From positions 62,001 through 126,000 of the forward strand of contig NIVC01002998.1 of assembly GCA_002269645.1 (NCBI GenBank): 64,000 nt of DNA. The letters run 5' to 3'. The DNA comes from Macrostomum lignano (Eukaryota). Made by a program: the position numbers and the translations under genes. The notes below the pieces were generated by a model. That model did no database searches. It was not told the origin of the DNA and saw only the letters and a list, made by a program, of their open reading frames with translations. Position 1 is the first letter of the stretch; every line of letters begins with the position of its first letter. Positions 1-19,462 of this stretch are shown here, piece by piece.

Positions 1-352
1 ACATGTAAATGTCAGCTATACATTCAGAGGCAGAATGTGCTTTTTATGTTAGAAAAATCCAGCTCAGATGTGTTAAATGCTTCCTTCGCCTTGGCAAGCA
101 ATTCTTATCTAAACCGAGTCATTTCTATCGGTTAATAATGTAAACAGCATTAAATAGCTCTGCCTTTAATAGCAGCTGATGCCCCAAGGTACGGTAGAAT
201 GCTAGATTACAGGTGTAAATGTACATTACTGTCTCATAAGACTGCACAAGAGAAGAAAGAATCATTTAAACTGGATTGACAGTAGTCTAGCTGATGTCGG
301 TAACTTGAAAAGGTTTTCCACCAACCATGACTACCATCTGATTTTCCATCAG

Positions 353-5854
<5,502 letters not shown>

Positions 5855-6754
5855 AATATTCAACTTCCATAGCTTTTTCAAGTATAGTCTCAATGTTTTT
5901 CCTAATTGCTTGGGGAGTAAGATTTTGAATATTTGGAAGAGCTTAACAGTGCGTTATGAAATACATTATTAATTTTCATAATATCTATTTTTTATATTCC
6001 ATTGAAGTACCTTGATGAGTCATTTAATTCAACTACAAATTTAATTTAAAATGTTCTTTTTGTCCTTCCAAAAGACGCAACATTCATTCACTTCAGATAA
6101 AAGTGCTTATTTACTCATATAGTGCGGCACACTGCCTGATTTGCCTCGCTACTTCAAAAGTCCATATTTACTATTCAAAAAGCCGCCAATATTGCCCCAT
6201 TCAGTGCAACATCCGGCTCTGGAGACTTTAGAAATTTTTTCCAAGGAATGGCTAAGGTGGTTAGATGGTAGGGACTGCCACTCTGCAAAGGGCTTTTATT
6301 TTATACGCTTTTATTCATAAAATCTAAGAACTTTTATAGAGTTGTCAACTGAGCAATTTTTAGGTCTCCTACTACGTCAAACAATATGGATGGACAGTCC
6401 TTCTGAATATTCTGTAGACCCCAACTCGTCCCTAAATCTTCACTCTCTCTCGGCATGCTCTCCAGTCCTGAGCTTGACACATCTCTTCTCAAAGCTTGTA
6501 AATAAGCAAACTTCGAGCACGCATGAGTCCTTAGACGCTCACTTTCCTGCCAGAGTAATCAGACAGCTGTACTTGGCCTTTTTCATTTTCTTATTTAAAC
6601 TTGGGGTCTCCTTATGATCTCTCTCTCCCTTTCTGTGCTCTCATTTGGAGCAGAAAAGAAGTGACTGACTACAGGCTTGCTGCTCGGGCAGGAAATAGCA
6701 GCAAGGAGAGGGAGGGAGGGAGAGAGCGTGTGTGCCAGATTGTGTGCACCGCTC

Positions 6755-6768
6755 GTTGCCATAGCAAC
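6755..6768. promoter_or_regulatory. RFX X-box (GTTGCCATAGCAAC) upstream of the coiled-coil gene
   Basis: Near-perfect palindromic match to the RFX consensus GTTGCCATGGCAAC, in a GC-richer promoter-like stretch ~470 bp before ATG 7233. Confidence 0.7.
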
Positions 6769-7232
6769 AGCGGAGAGGTGCGCGCATGCAGGCTCTCATA
6801 GCACAGCAAGCAGTTTTAGATATGATTAAAGGCTTTCATGTCTTTTCTGGTCTGTGAGCGAGACCGCACTGAAATTCAATTGGTACTACTGGGTCTTCAC
6901 ACTGTATAGCCCAGTGTTCCATGCTCATTCTCTCACTGGCTGCTCACTGGCACACATCAACCCACCCAGCTGGGGGCCCCGATTCCATTTGCTCTTTTCT
7001 TTGCCTCGGCTATTCGTTTTGTGCAAGCAGAGCATGAGCACTAAGCATTAGAACTCTCTGTTGATTCTGGAGAGAGTTTTTCACCAAGAAAAGACGCCCC
7101 TAAGTGAATATATATATGATGCGCTGCTTGTAAAAATAGCCATCAAAACTGGAGAGAGAGAGCATCGACTGCACTAAAACAGACAACGGCCGAAACTGAA
7201 AGAAACTTCCGATAGCAGCTGAAAAGTTTGAA

Positions 7233-9096
7233 ATGAAGCGGAACATTGAACGGACGGCGACTCCGCCAGACAGACAAGCGACATACGAAGCCGACCGGGT
7301 CGCTGAAGATGACAGCACTCAGCAGCAGCAGGAGCAGCAAGCAAAGAATCCAGGAGCTGTACAAAGACCGCGAACCGCCCTTGAGGTTGCTCGGTCCAGC
7401 GGCATGTTCAAGGACTACTTAGCTGGATTAGACAACCTCCGCTCGATAGTAAACGATTGCGAGAACCGTCTCGCCCAGGCTTTGAACGAGTTCTACGGCA
7501 CAACGGAAAAAGACGAGCAGATGTTCAACGCATTTAACATCGAGGTCAACAAAGCGTTCGAAGCGTGCAACTCCTGCCTGGACAAGGCCGGCCATCAGGC
7601 TATCATTGTTGATGGCCAAGCCCCGATTGCTACGCTGGTGAACAAGCTGAAGGAATACCGATTGGCCGCTAATCCGGAGGACACTCAACTGCTGCTACAG
7701 TTTTGGGAGTCGTTCAAGCTGGCTCTGGAGCAGCTGCAGACCATCGCGGATGACTACGAGCGTCGAGTGCTGTCAAAACTGCGCACAGGGTGCCTGATTG
7801 CCTCGAGCGGCGCAATGGCGACCGCCAAATCGCCGCTGTCGAAGGCCTACGAAGCCGAGGCCGCCGCCTACTCCAAGGAGCTGGAGACCGTCCGCACGAG
7901 AGTCCGACTGCTCTGCCACAGCGCCGGCACCCACATGCGAATGGAGCTGCTAGGCAAAGCCTCTCACACCGAGAGAGTCCTCATCAACTGTAACGACGAC
8001 TTCTATCCGATCCTGTGCGTAGTGCCTGACCTGACGGTCAAGCTGGAGTCCATGGCCCGCATCGCCTACCAGTGGCTGGACAAAGACGAGACCTACTTGT
8101 TTGAGGTGTCCCGCCAACTGCGCGATAAACGAAGCGAAACACGCGAGATGGAACAGCAACTCAGAGCTGAGCGCGAGAAACACCGGCTGCTACTGAAGTC
8201 AGTGAAGTCAGCTTACCTGATGTGTCAAAACAGCAAGAAGCGACTTCGAGAAATCACGCAAGAGCTGAAAAACCTCGAGGAGCATATTGAGCACTCGGCT
8301 CGGGAACGGCGGGCCAAGATGGACGAGAAAAAGCAGAAGAAGGAGATGGCCGACTTTTTAGACTTGAGCATCACTCAGACTAAAATGAATTACGCGCTCC
8401 AGGTGAGTTCTTTCGTTGATTAGACAGATGCTTTGATCGTGCTAACGAAGTGAAGTCAAATGCGGGTAAAAACAGACCACAATTACTTTTAACTTTTTTG
8501 GGTAGCGTATTGGCTGGCTATCCAGATCCCTATGCCACACGAGCTGGTAATCAAAGTGATGTACTCTAATACTCTGTATGCACATACTCCATCAGACAAA
8601 GTGTTATTTCTTACTGATGATATTTTTCGTAATTTTCATTGATAACAAGTTTGTTGCACTCGTATTTTCTAAGAGCTAAAACATCCCATTTCCCATCTAC
8701 CAGCTCAAACGCCAGCGTCTGATGGCCCAGATTCAGGAACTGGAGGAGTTCCTGCGCAAAGTGGAGCAGGAAATCAGCTCGCTCAAGACCCAGATTCAAA
8801 CAAAGACTAACGAGAAAAAGTCTGCCGAAGACCTGTACCAGGCGCAGGACAGCAATTTCGCGAATATGAAGACCGACTTAGAAGGCTACACTAAAAAAGT
8901 ACAAGAGATGAGCAACGAACTCCGCGGCGTCCGCCAGCATCTCAGTCATCTGGAGAGCATCCAGAGCCTCAAAACCAGTCCGGAGACTGTGGACACTTTC
9001 TATGAAAGGCCTCGCAGCGTGAAGCTGGCGCCGTCGCTCATGGAGTCGATCAACATGAAAAAACGACGTCTCCTGAAGCAGTCAGTTAAAAGTTGA
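7233..9096 (+). CDS. Uncharacterised coiled-coil protein (~520 aa); exons 7233-8402, 8704-9096
   Basis: Phase-0 intron CAG|GTGAG...CCAG|CTC joins the 396-aa and 124-aa ORFs. An in-frame TGA upstream supports ATG 7233. Heptad-rich E/K/Q C-terminal half. Confidence 0.8.
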
Positions 9097-10291
9097 CTGA
9101 ATTTCAGGGAAGTGTGCATTGCGTTTACCGAAAAAATCTGCGTTGTGTAGAATTTGGTAGAATTCTAAATTTGATAAAAGAACAATTTTAATTATCATGA
9201 AACTGATATGGAAATCAGGTAGCCGAACTTCAGATGCTTTGCTCACGGCATTTACGCTCGTTAGATGCTTCTCGCTTTTGTAACGATAATATTTATATCA
9301 GATTAATTTGTTATTGTCCCAAAAATATGTATCGAGTTCTATTTTGCAGACAGGAATTTCGATACTCCTAGTTCTAAACTGTTTTGGCAGCTCGCCAAAA
9401 TTAAAACTCTCTGATTTCTAAACCAGCGAGCAATCATCCAAGACTCTCAACTTACTTTTTTGTACAGCAAGCAAAGTCAAACTTGTTTTTGTTGTAATGA
9501 AACTCCTGCCGGTTTGTCGATAATTATCTTTTGTTAGAAATTGCTTTGCTTATATTATTTGAGTCGATTTTGACTGCGTCAAAACAAAATATTAGCGTCA
9601 AATAATTAATCTTTTTTCGTTAGAGTAACTTTTATCTGTTTGCATATAAAATTTGTAGTGAATACAACAAGAAATTTGATATTGTGATATTAATACTCAC
9701 ATTTGAATATTAAGCTTTCTTGTATTTACTCAATTGCTTCGTCGAGATTGAAAATTATATCTTAGGATTTTCAAATTTGAAACAATAATTTCGCTTCTCC
9801 GAAATTATAAAGTAATGGTTTTCGCAACAATTATTGAAATCGATGTTAGAAAATTGTTGATAAAGGCTCGTTCACACCCAGGAGCGTATAGCCTGGCAGG
9901 GAGGGCAAGGGCCTTACCCTAATAAAGTGGCACAGCAGGTTCGCCGTCTCTGTGTCCATTGGTAGTAATAGATCCCCAAAAACTTATTTGGCGCTGGGCA
10001 CCCCTTGGTGCTGGCGCTCCTGGGTGCTAAAGCCCGTCGCTGGCCCCAAGGCGCCTCCCCATCAAAGAGCCTGGCTCCTCTCATGGGTACACTGCGATCA
10101 TGAGGCTTCGTTACATTGTGCGTATCTTCGTTGCACTCTTTTTATAACCATATCTCGTTAATTAGGCAACCTCACTCAGACTTTATTTTAATTGCCTAGT
10201 CATTTTAAGTGAAAACAACATTAATTTCTTGTAATTGTTATTAGGCTCACATGCTAAATAGTTAAATGTAAATGAAGCATAATTTCTTAAA

Positions 10292-10708
10292 TCAGTTGGG
10301 CCTCAATACCGGTTGAATTCGACCGCTTTGACCTTTGCGCGCCTCGCTGAACTGCCTCAGCTGCTGCACGAGCTCCCGAGAGCGCTGCCGCTGCGGGAAG
10401 TCCGGGTCCTGCACGCACTGCATCAGGTAGTCATTCTCGTCAATCAGTCGCTTCATCTCCTTCTCGATGATGCACACTTTTGATTGCAGCGAGTTTACCA
10501 ACTGGCCCTGATATTCAATCTTTGCATTGGCGGCTGCCAGCCTCGCGGACAGCTCCGGCAGGCTCACAGCCGACTGACTCGTTTCGTCAACTGTTGCTAG
10601 GGAAGCGCCGCCGATCGATGGGAGATCCCTGCTTTGGGCCTTCTTCCGGATCAAGCGTTTGGAGTCTGCAGACTCGGCAGCTGATAGCTTGACAGTCTCA
10701 GATGCCAT
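10292..10708 (-). CDS. Small single-exon coiled-coil protein (138 aa)
   Basis: ATG-to-stop ORF, GC-rich against AT-rich flanks, with heptads LSARLAAANAKIEYQGQLVNSLQSKVCIIEKEMKRLIDENDYL. Confidence 0.65.
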   Translation of the reverse strand: MASETVKLSAAESADSKRLIRKKAQSRDLPSIGGASLATVDETSQSAVSLPELSARLAAANAKIEYQGQLVNSLQSKVCIIEKEMKRLIDENDYLMQCVQDPDFPQRQRSRELVQQLRQFSEARKGQSGRIQPVLRPN

Positions 10709-11329
10709 TTAGTGCGTGCGTGTGACAAAAATGGAAAGGCCAATAGAAAAACGCAAGCTGTTATAAATCCGTCCGAGCCACTTCAGCTGCATGCAGTCGA
10801 CTGCGCACGAGGCAGCATTTTTCTAACCCGCATTGCAGTTCCCATCCGACGTATTCTGTGCAAAACAATGCAATTTCAGTCATTGTTTGCCGTACCGGTT
10901 TTGTATAGATAGAAAGACGAGAGCAATCGACTCTGGTGCCTGAGTCAGCTGATAAATTAATTGCTTCCGCTTTATCTTCTCCTGTCTGAGAGCTTACAGC
11001 AGACTTCCTATTTGTCAGTTGTTGATTCCCAGGAATTTTACATTCATTTTAAATTGTGAAACAGCCTCTGCCTGGCTCAGAGCCTGCCTATAGAGAATAC
11101 GACGGTGAAGCCTTCCGTGATGCTTGGCTGCTTGCTTCAAGACAAGCCTCAAGAAATTTTACTTGGAGTTGTTTTTCGTTCCGCTTTGTAAGCGTCACTT
11201 TCTTCGACTTTTGACACTCTTCATTTTTATTTAAACAGATCAGCTTAAAAGCTTGCGATGCCTTCCTACCTGCTACTTGAAATTTTAAATCAGTTTATTT
11301 GGACACTCAGAAAGAAGCGACGAGTTCTC

Positions 11330-12047
11330 ATGCCTCGAAACCCAAGCCTAAGCCTAGAATCGAGATCTAGCAGCGCCTCAACCGACTCCGAGTTGCTGCT
11401 TCAGCAGTATCGCAACCAGCAGCAGACGCGGAAACAGAAAGTGTTTCAGCAGCATTCAAAAGTCACCGAAAAGACGACAACAACACAACAGCACCACAAG
11501 CAGGAAACCGAGCAGCAAAAGCAGTCGAAAATGCCTCATAATCGGCAGAAGCAAGTTCACAAGCCTCGAGCCTGGGCACAAACCCACAACACGAAACTAT
11601 AGCATGGACCCTCGGAACGCCGATAGGCCGGCTGCTCGGCAGGATCATCACCGGCTGCAGCGTCAGCTGCATCAACAGCAGCGAGAGAGCCAGCAGTTGC
11701 AGGATCTGCTGGACTATCAGCTGGAGCAGCGTCGCTACAAGCGATACTCGATTCAATTGGCCAGAATGTCGGACTGCATCGCGCCTATGCGGGCGGCAAT
11801 CAGCGATAGGGAGAAAACTCTAACCTGCCTGCTGGACCAGAACGCCCTGTGCAACTCTGCCAGAATTCGCCTGAACCGGCCTGAAGCTCGAGTCGATGAG
11901 GTTCGACAGACTCTCGCTGAGGTGCGAGACGCTCTGCAGCAGAACCGAGAGAGGGCCAAAATTAAACAGCTGCAGAAAATGCTGCTGGAAAAGCAAAAAG
12001 CGGAAGATCAGAATAAGAAATTTAGGTTGTTTACGTACGTGGAGTAA
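11330..12047 (+). CDS. Tektin-like coiled-coil coding region split over two frames (11330-11602 and 11358-12047); may continue beyond 12047
   Basis: The downstream frame has AI.D.E..L...R..RP...D.V...L.EV..L, resembling the tektin signature. That frame is open from 11358 but its first ATG is at 11604; ATG 11330 is in another frame. Confidence 0.4.
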
Positions 12048-12096
12048 ATTCACTGTGATGTTTGAAATATTACACCTGACTTGAAAAGAATTTATG

Positions 12097-12663
<567 letters not shown>

Positions 12664-13368
12664 TCAAAATATATTGGGAACCTTTTTTTACCGTTTTAGC
12701 TCGTAAAAAGTTTCCTAAAATATAATTTCACTTTTCAGAAAAATTATTCTCTATCATTTTCAAGCTATCGCACTTAAAGCGGCTTTATCAGGCTTATATT
12801 TTACTATTTCATTCATTTAAACAAGACAGCGATTTGTCTTTGCGTAGGTTGTGCCAAGAAAAAAAATGCACCGACATCATCTGAAGTGTCATCAGAGTGG
12901 TGTGTCTCTAGCCATTAATTGTGTTTCGTAGTTTTCCGCCTCTTGGTGAGCATCTCAGAACGCAAATTAGAGTTCTCAGCTCGACAGAAAATCTTCTTTC
13001 TGTCTCTGTCTGCTCTTTTTTCGTTCTCGAGCGATCATGGTTCATTCAGTGTGCTGCACTCTGCAATTGCTTTGGCTGAAGACACTTCAGACACAAAATT
13101 ACTGCTTAATAAAAAAGTCTAAAATTTTCGGGACCACTTCGCTGCCATGTGGGTCTTCATTGGAAGTGCTATAAATGGACAATCAACCCTCTTAGCTGTT
13201 TAGCAGACACTAACTAAAAGCTACTTACAAGAATTTTTTCACAAGAATAATCATGATAACGAATCATAGAATATTGAAATTTGAAATCTTTTGATCGTAA
13301 GCTGAAAGTCTACAGCCTACGGTTGTCTGCCAAAAGTTTTTTGAAATAAATTTCTAAATGGATCGATG

Positions 13369-14359
<991 letters not shown>

Positions 14360-15017
14360 CGAAGATACGTAGATAGATCTTCTTCCTCAGGTCTCCTTGG
14401 CCTGCTTGTAGGTTGGTGAGAACTTGGTCGGAAATTATTGCAATGCTTGCCTTGTTGTCTTGGAGAAATAAAAAGCGCTGCTGGGAAAAAGCAGAGACAC
14501 AGAGAGATAGCAATCTTATAGTTTTACGACGCCGGCACTGTCTCAGCAGGTTTGAAAATGAGCTCTGCTCATCGGTGTGACAAGCCCACCCAGACATGCT
14601 TTCTCCCTCACCCTTGTCAACGTCGCCCACCCTCGGCTGCCTCTGTTGCATTATCCATTCATTTAGTGACAGCGAGACAGAGAGAAAAGCAAAGTGCTCT
14701 TTCTGCCGCCCAGGAGGGTCGTTTTTTTCTTTTCATTCTTATTTCTGCTTCTGCGCACCATTTTCTAGCGAAAACTCTGAGAGAATTGATGGTCTTTATT
14801 TCATAGCTTGTTTTTACTGCAAGTGTTTTTACGCCCGGCTCACTCTCCCTCTCACTCTCTCCCCAAGCTTCTCATTTCTATTGCTCAGTCGGATGTCTCT
14901 AAGGCGCAGGCTGGGAGCGGAGTGGCCCACAATCCGTTCTCCATCAGGCTCTGTCAATCTTACTTGACCAATATGGTGAGCCAGTCAGCATTAAGCCTGA
15001 TGAATGGCGTCTCCATC

Positions 15018-15025
15018 TATAAAAG
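15018..15025 (+). promoter_or_regulatory. Candidate TATA box
   Basis: TATAAAAG ~90 bp upstream of ATG 15110 of a short candidate first exon. Confidence 0.35.
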
Positions 15026-15109
15026 GACCCGTCGCATTTAACTGTAATTGAAAGAAAACTATAAGTTATCGACTAGAAGTACGTTTTCGACAGTGCAGCA
15101 ACAAGCGAC

Positions 15110-18100
15110 ATGGATTTTGACTACTCCGAGCAAATTGAAATTCGACCATCAAAAAGGTAGGTTTGTCATTTCAAGCGCTAGTAACTTGAGTCATTGTTAC
15201 CAGGCATCTTAGTCTCCCTCAGCTCGAAAATTCCCCATGAGTCTTGACAACTAAGTGATTCCTTATGAGTCTTGACAACTCAGCGATTCCCCATGAGTCT
15301 TGACAGCTCAGCGATTCCCTATGAGTCTTGACAGCTCAGCGATTCCCTATGAGTCTTGACAGCTCAGCGATTCCTTATGAGTCTTGACAACTCAGCGATT
15401 CCTTATGAGTCTTGACAACTCAGCGATTCCCCATGAGTCTTGACAACTCAGCGATTCCCCATGAGTCTTGACAACTCAGCGATTCCCCATGAGTCTTGAC
15501 AACTCAGCGATTCCCCATGAGTCTTGACAACCAGCGATTACCCATGAGTCTTGACAACTCAGCGATTCCCCATGAGTCTTGACAACTCAGCGATTCCCCA
15601 TGAGTCTTGACAACCAGCGATTACCCATGAGTCTTGACAACTCAAGCGATTCCCCATGAGTCTTGACAACTCAGCGATTCCCCATGAGTCTTGACAACTC
15701 AGCGATTCCCCATGAGTCTTGACAACCAGCGATTACCCATGAGTCTTGACAACTCAGCGATTCCCCATGAGTCTTGACAACTCAGCGATTCCTTATGAGT
15801 CTTGACAACTTAAGCGATTCCCCATGATTCTTGACAACTCAGCAATTCCCCATGAGTCTTGACAGCTCAGCGATTCCCTATGAGTCTTGACAGCTCAGCG
15901 ATTCCCTATGAGTCTTGACAGCTCAGCGATTCCTTATGAGTCTTGACAACTCAGCGATTCCTTATGAGTCTTGACAACTCAGCGATTCCCCATGATTCTT
16001 GACAGCTCAGCGATTCCCCATGATTCTTGACAGCTCAGCGATTCCCCATGAGTCTTGACAACCAGCGATTCCCCATGAGTCTTGACAACTCAAGCGATTC
16101 CCCATGAGTCTTGACAACTCAAGCGATTCCCCATGAGTCTTGACAACTCAAGCGATTACCCATGAGTCTTGACAACTCAGCGATTCCTTATGAGTCTTGA
16201 CAACTCAAGCGATTCCTTATGAGTCTTGACAACTCAAGCGATTCCCCATGAGTCTTGACAACTCAGCGATTCCCCATGAGTCTTGACAACCAGCGATTAC
16301 CCATGAGTCTTGACAACTCAGCGATTCCCCATGAGTCTTGACAACTCAGCGATTCCCCATGAGTCTTGACAACTCAGCGATTCCCCATGAGTCTTGACAA
16401 CCAGCGATTACCCATGAGTCTTGACAACTCAGCGATTCCCCATGAGTCTTGACAACTCAGCGATTCCCCATGAGTCTTGACAACTCAGCGATTCCCCATG
16501 AGTCTTGACAACCAGCGATTCCCCATGAGTCTTGACAACTCAGCGATTCCCCATGAGTCTTGACAACCAGCGATTCCCCATGAGTCTTGACAACTCAAGC
16601 GATTACCCATGAGTCTTGACAACTCAAGCGATTACCCATGAGTCTTGAAAACTCAGCGATTCCTTATGAGTCTTGACAACTCAAGCGATTCCTTATGAGT
16701 CTTGACAACTCAAGCGATTCCCTATGAGTCTTGACAACTCAAGCGATTACCCATGAGTCTTGACAACTCAGCGATTCCTTATGAGTCTTGACAACTCAAG
16801 CGATTCCTTATGAGTCTTGACAACTCAAGCGATTACCCATGAGTCTTGACAACTCAGCGATTCCCTATGATTCTTGACAACTCAGCGATTCCTTATGAGT
16901 CTTGACAACTTGAGCGATTACCCATGAGTCTTGACAACTTGAGCGATTACCCATGATTCTTGACAACTCAGCGATTTTTTATGAGTCTTGACAAACCAAG
17001 AATTCCCTACGACACTTAAAAACTCAACAATTCCCCATGATAAGTTTGAACATAGCTTGACATATTGCCTAATGATTGCCTAATTAGTGCTTCGTCATAA
17101 CTGAAAATCAATCTCTTGACTTTTAAATCCCAATGACTGCCCCTAAATTAACGACGCCAGAGAATACCCCAGAGGTTGCAGGCAACATGACTGTGACTCA
17201 ATTTTCTTGAATCAGCTGCGTGGGGCTACAGGGATGCAACGCCAGGAGGGGGGGCGTTGCCACCCATCCCCCAAACCCCTGGCGACCACGGACCCTCCGA
17301 AGAGTCCCGGAAGTGGATTGGGTCTTCCGGAGAGCCCTCAGTTAGCAGGGCTTCTGGCATCTTTGTGTTGGGAAAATTTGCATAACTTAATCATCAATAC
17401 TACTTACTGAAAGTAGCTCATAAGCCGGACTGATGGGTTCTATTACTAGACATATCACTATAGCTGTTAGAAGCTAAAAAATACATATTATAGTTTTATT
17501 TAGAATTTCGATTAAAACTATTATAAAACGAACGTTTTCGTTTGTGGTACTTTGAGTAGTGCTATTATTGAACCCAAAACTTTAGATTAAGTGGGCATGC
17601 TTGCAACATATGTTAAGCCATGCCCCCCGGGGTTTGGCCTGAATGTTTGCACAACAATCTACAAGCTGAGAGCATTGGAGGCTGAGGCTATTCAAGTAGT
17701 CAAACGGAAATAATTGATGGCCTACTGCTCACTTCCTTGTGAGCTACATTGGGTCTCTCTGTGTTGACACTGCTGCAGGGTGGCCTTGTTATGGCTTGTT
17801 GGCCATGTCCTCTCTTCTTCAAGGAGCCTGCAGGAGTCAGAAACCCCCAGTGCCCCTTGTCCCCAAACTATTGGTCGCTATAAAATTGGACGACAAGTCA
17901 GTCTGCTCCCGCCCTCTGACAGCAGACTGATCCCCGTCTAGAGCCGGAATTCTCCTCACGGACCAGCTGCTTAGCAACTGCAGGCAGATGCACAATAAGC
18001 CAGACTGCCAGGCAGAACGCTTTGAATAGCATCACCAAGCCCGGTTACTTTTTGCGTATTTCATCCAAGCATTGTGCTTCTGCGATGCTGCACCTTTTGT

Positions 18101-19237
18101 AGCTCGCACTTCTATTCTGTTCTTCCTGGATCCCCGGTCTTGAGAAACTGAATAGGCTGGGCTTAGTGCAGAGAGCCCAGCTTACAACGCAGCTTACAAC
18201 TCTGAGCAGAGTTGCATTTGGACAGATCGGAAGTTGACGGGGGATTTTCTTGTACAGTTAAAATAAGTAGAAGTTTTTGAAGAGTTAAAAAGGCCGAGAG
18301 GACCAGGTCCGTATAAATCAGGCAAAATCCCTCTACACCATTGAAATCATGTCGCAGAGATGAGGAGGCATTCAAGATGGAGGATCAAGGCTCCGCTCTG
18401 CTGCACTACTCCGAGGCCGAGCTCACGGCCAGTCGAATCAATCTAAAGGAGCGCCGGCTTCTGTCGCGCAGCTGGGCCCGCCTGGAGGCCGATCGGAGCT
18501 ACCGGATGCGCTGCCTGCAGACGGACCTGCGCCTGGCCGAGCTGGGCCGCGCACGCTTGGAGACGCGCAGCGCTCGGGTGCGCAGCAACCTGACGCAGGA
18601 CGAGCGCAGCGGCTACCGTCGATTGGACGCCGCTGGCATGCTTCGCCTGCCATCGGGCTGTAGCTATTACCGACGTCCGGCACACCTGGAGCCGGCCCAG
18701 CTCATCCAATCCGCCCAGAGACGCTTGGAGGCCGGCGGCACATGCAGTCGACTCTCTCGGAGGCAACACTCGCCGCAGCGCCTGCTGCGACCGAGCACCA
18801 GCAAAACCGCCAGCTCCAGTGCGGTGCGCTTTGTCCGCTCCGACACCGCATTCGACGCGCCAGACGTGGACGACATCAATGACGCTTCATCGACTGCATC
18901 GACTTCGTCGGCGTCGACAACGGAGAGTCTGCGTCAATTGCGCACAGCTGCAGCCGCGTCCTCGGCGCGTCAGAGGCCGCAGACGACAACAGCAACAGCC
19001 AGGAGTTCCTACAGCGCCCTTCAGCAGCAGCAGCAGCAGCAGCAACAAAGGCTTCGACTCACCAGCCAGTCCTGCCATTCCGCATTTTACACCGGCGGCG
19101 AGCAGCGGCAGAGCCACTCGATGGACGCCGCTAGCAGGCGTCGGGCTTGGGCGGAGGCTGAACGGCAGAAGCAGCGCAACTTGGACAGACCAGTGAAGGA
19201 GTTTCTGCGCTCCCTGGAGCAGCTGCGGGTCGCTTGA
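15110..19237 (+). CDS. Coiled-coil/low-complexity protein, weakly CCDC190-like; candidate exons 15110-15156 and 18358-19237
   Basis: The main exon is a GC-rich 298-codon ORF (INLKERRLLSRSWARLE..., C-terminal LDRPVKEFL). The short exon MDFDYSEQIEIRPSK ends AG|GTAGGT (phase 2) and fits the acceptor CGCAG|A at 18357. This link is inferred; ATG 18377 is an alternative start. Confidence 0.6.
15232..17040. repeat. ~28-bp minisatellite (ATGAGTCTTGACAACTCAGCGATTCCCC), roughly 60-65 units
   Basis: Head-to-tail units of 27-29 bp without spacers; internal inverted repeat TGAGT...ACTCA. Confidence 0.97.
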
Positions 19238-19462
19238 AAATGAGCTTATTTTTTCAAAGGCATTATTCTACATTTACTACTGCACTTAATATGCAAATAA
19301 TTTTTCATAGCTAATGGTTTTCTGATCGTGTGTATGGCTTTGAAGAATTTTGACTCTCTAAAATAAAGAATTTTATTCGTAATTTTTGCAGTGACAGGCC
19401 GATCCGCCTGAGAAAATTTGATAAATAACAGTCGATTTTCTCTTTCTGAAGCGTACTTTCAA

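Noticed and set aside
15232-17040. CRISPR array (28-bp palindromic repeats)
   Set aside because: Units are contiguous with no unique spacers, there are no cas genes, and the context is eukaryotic.
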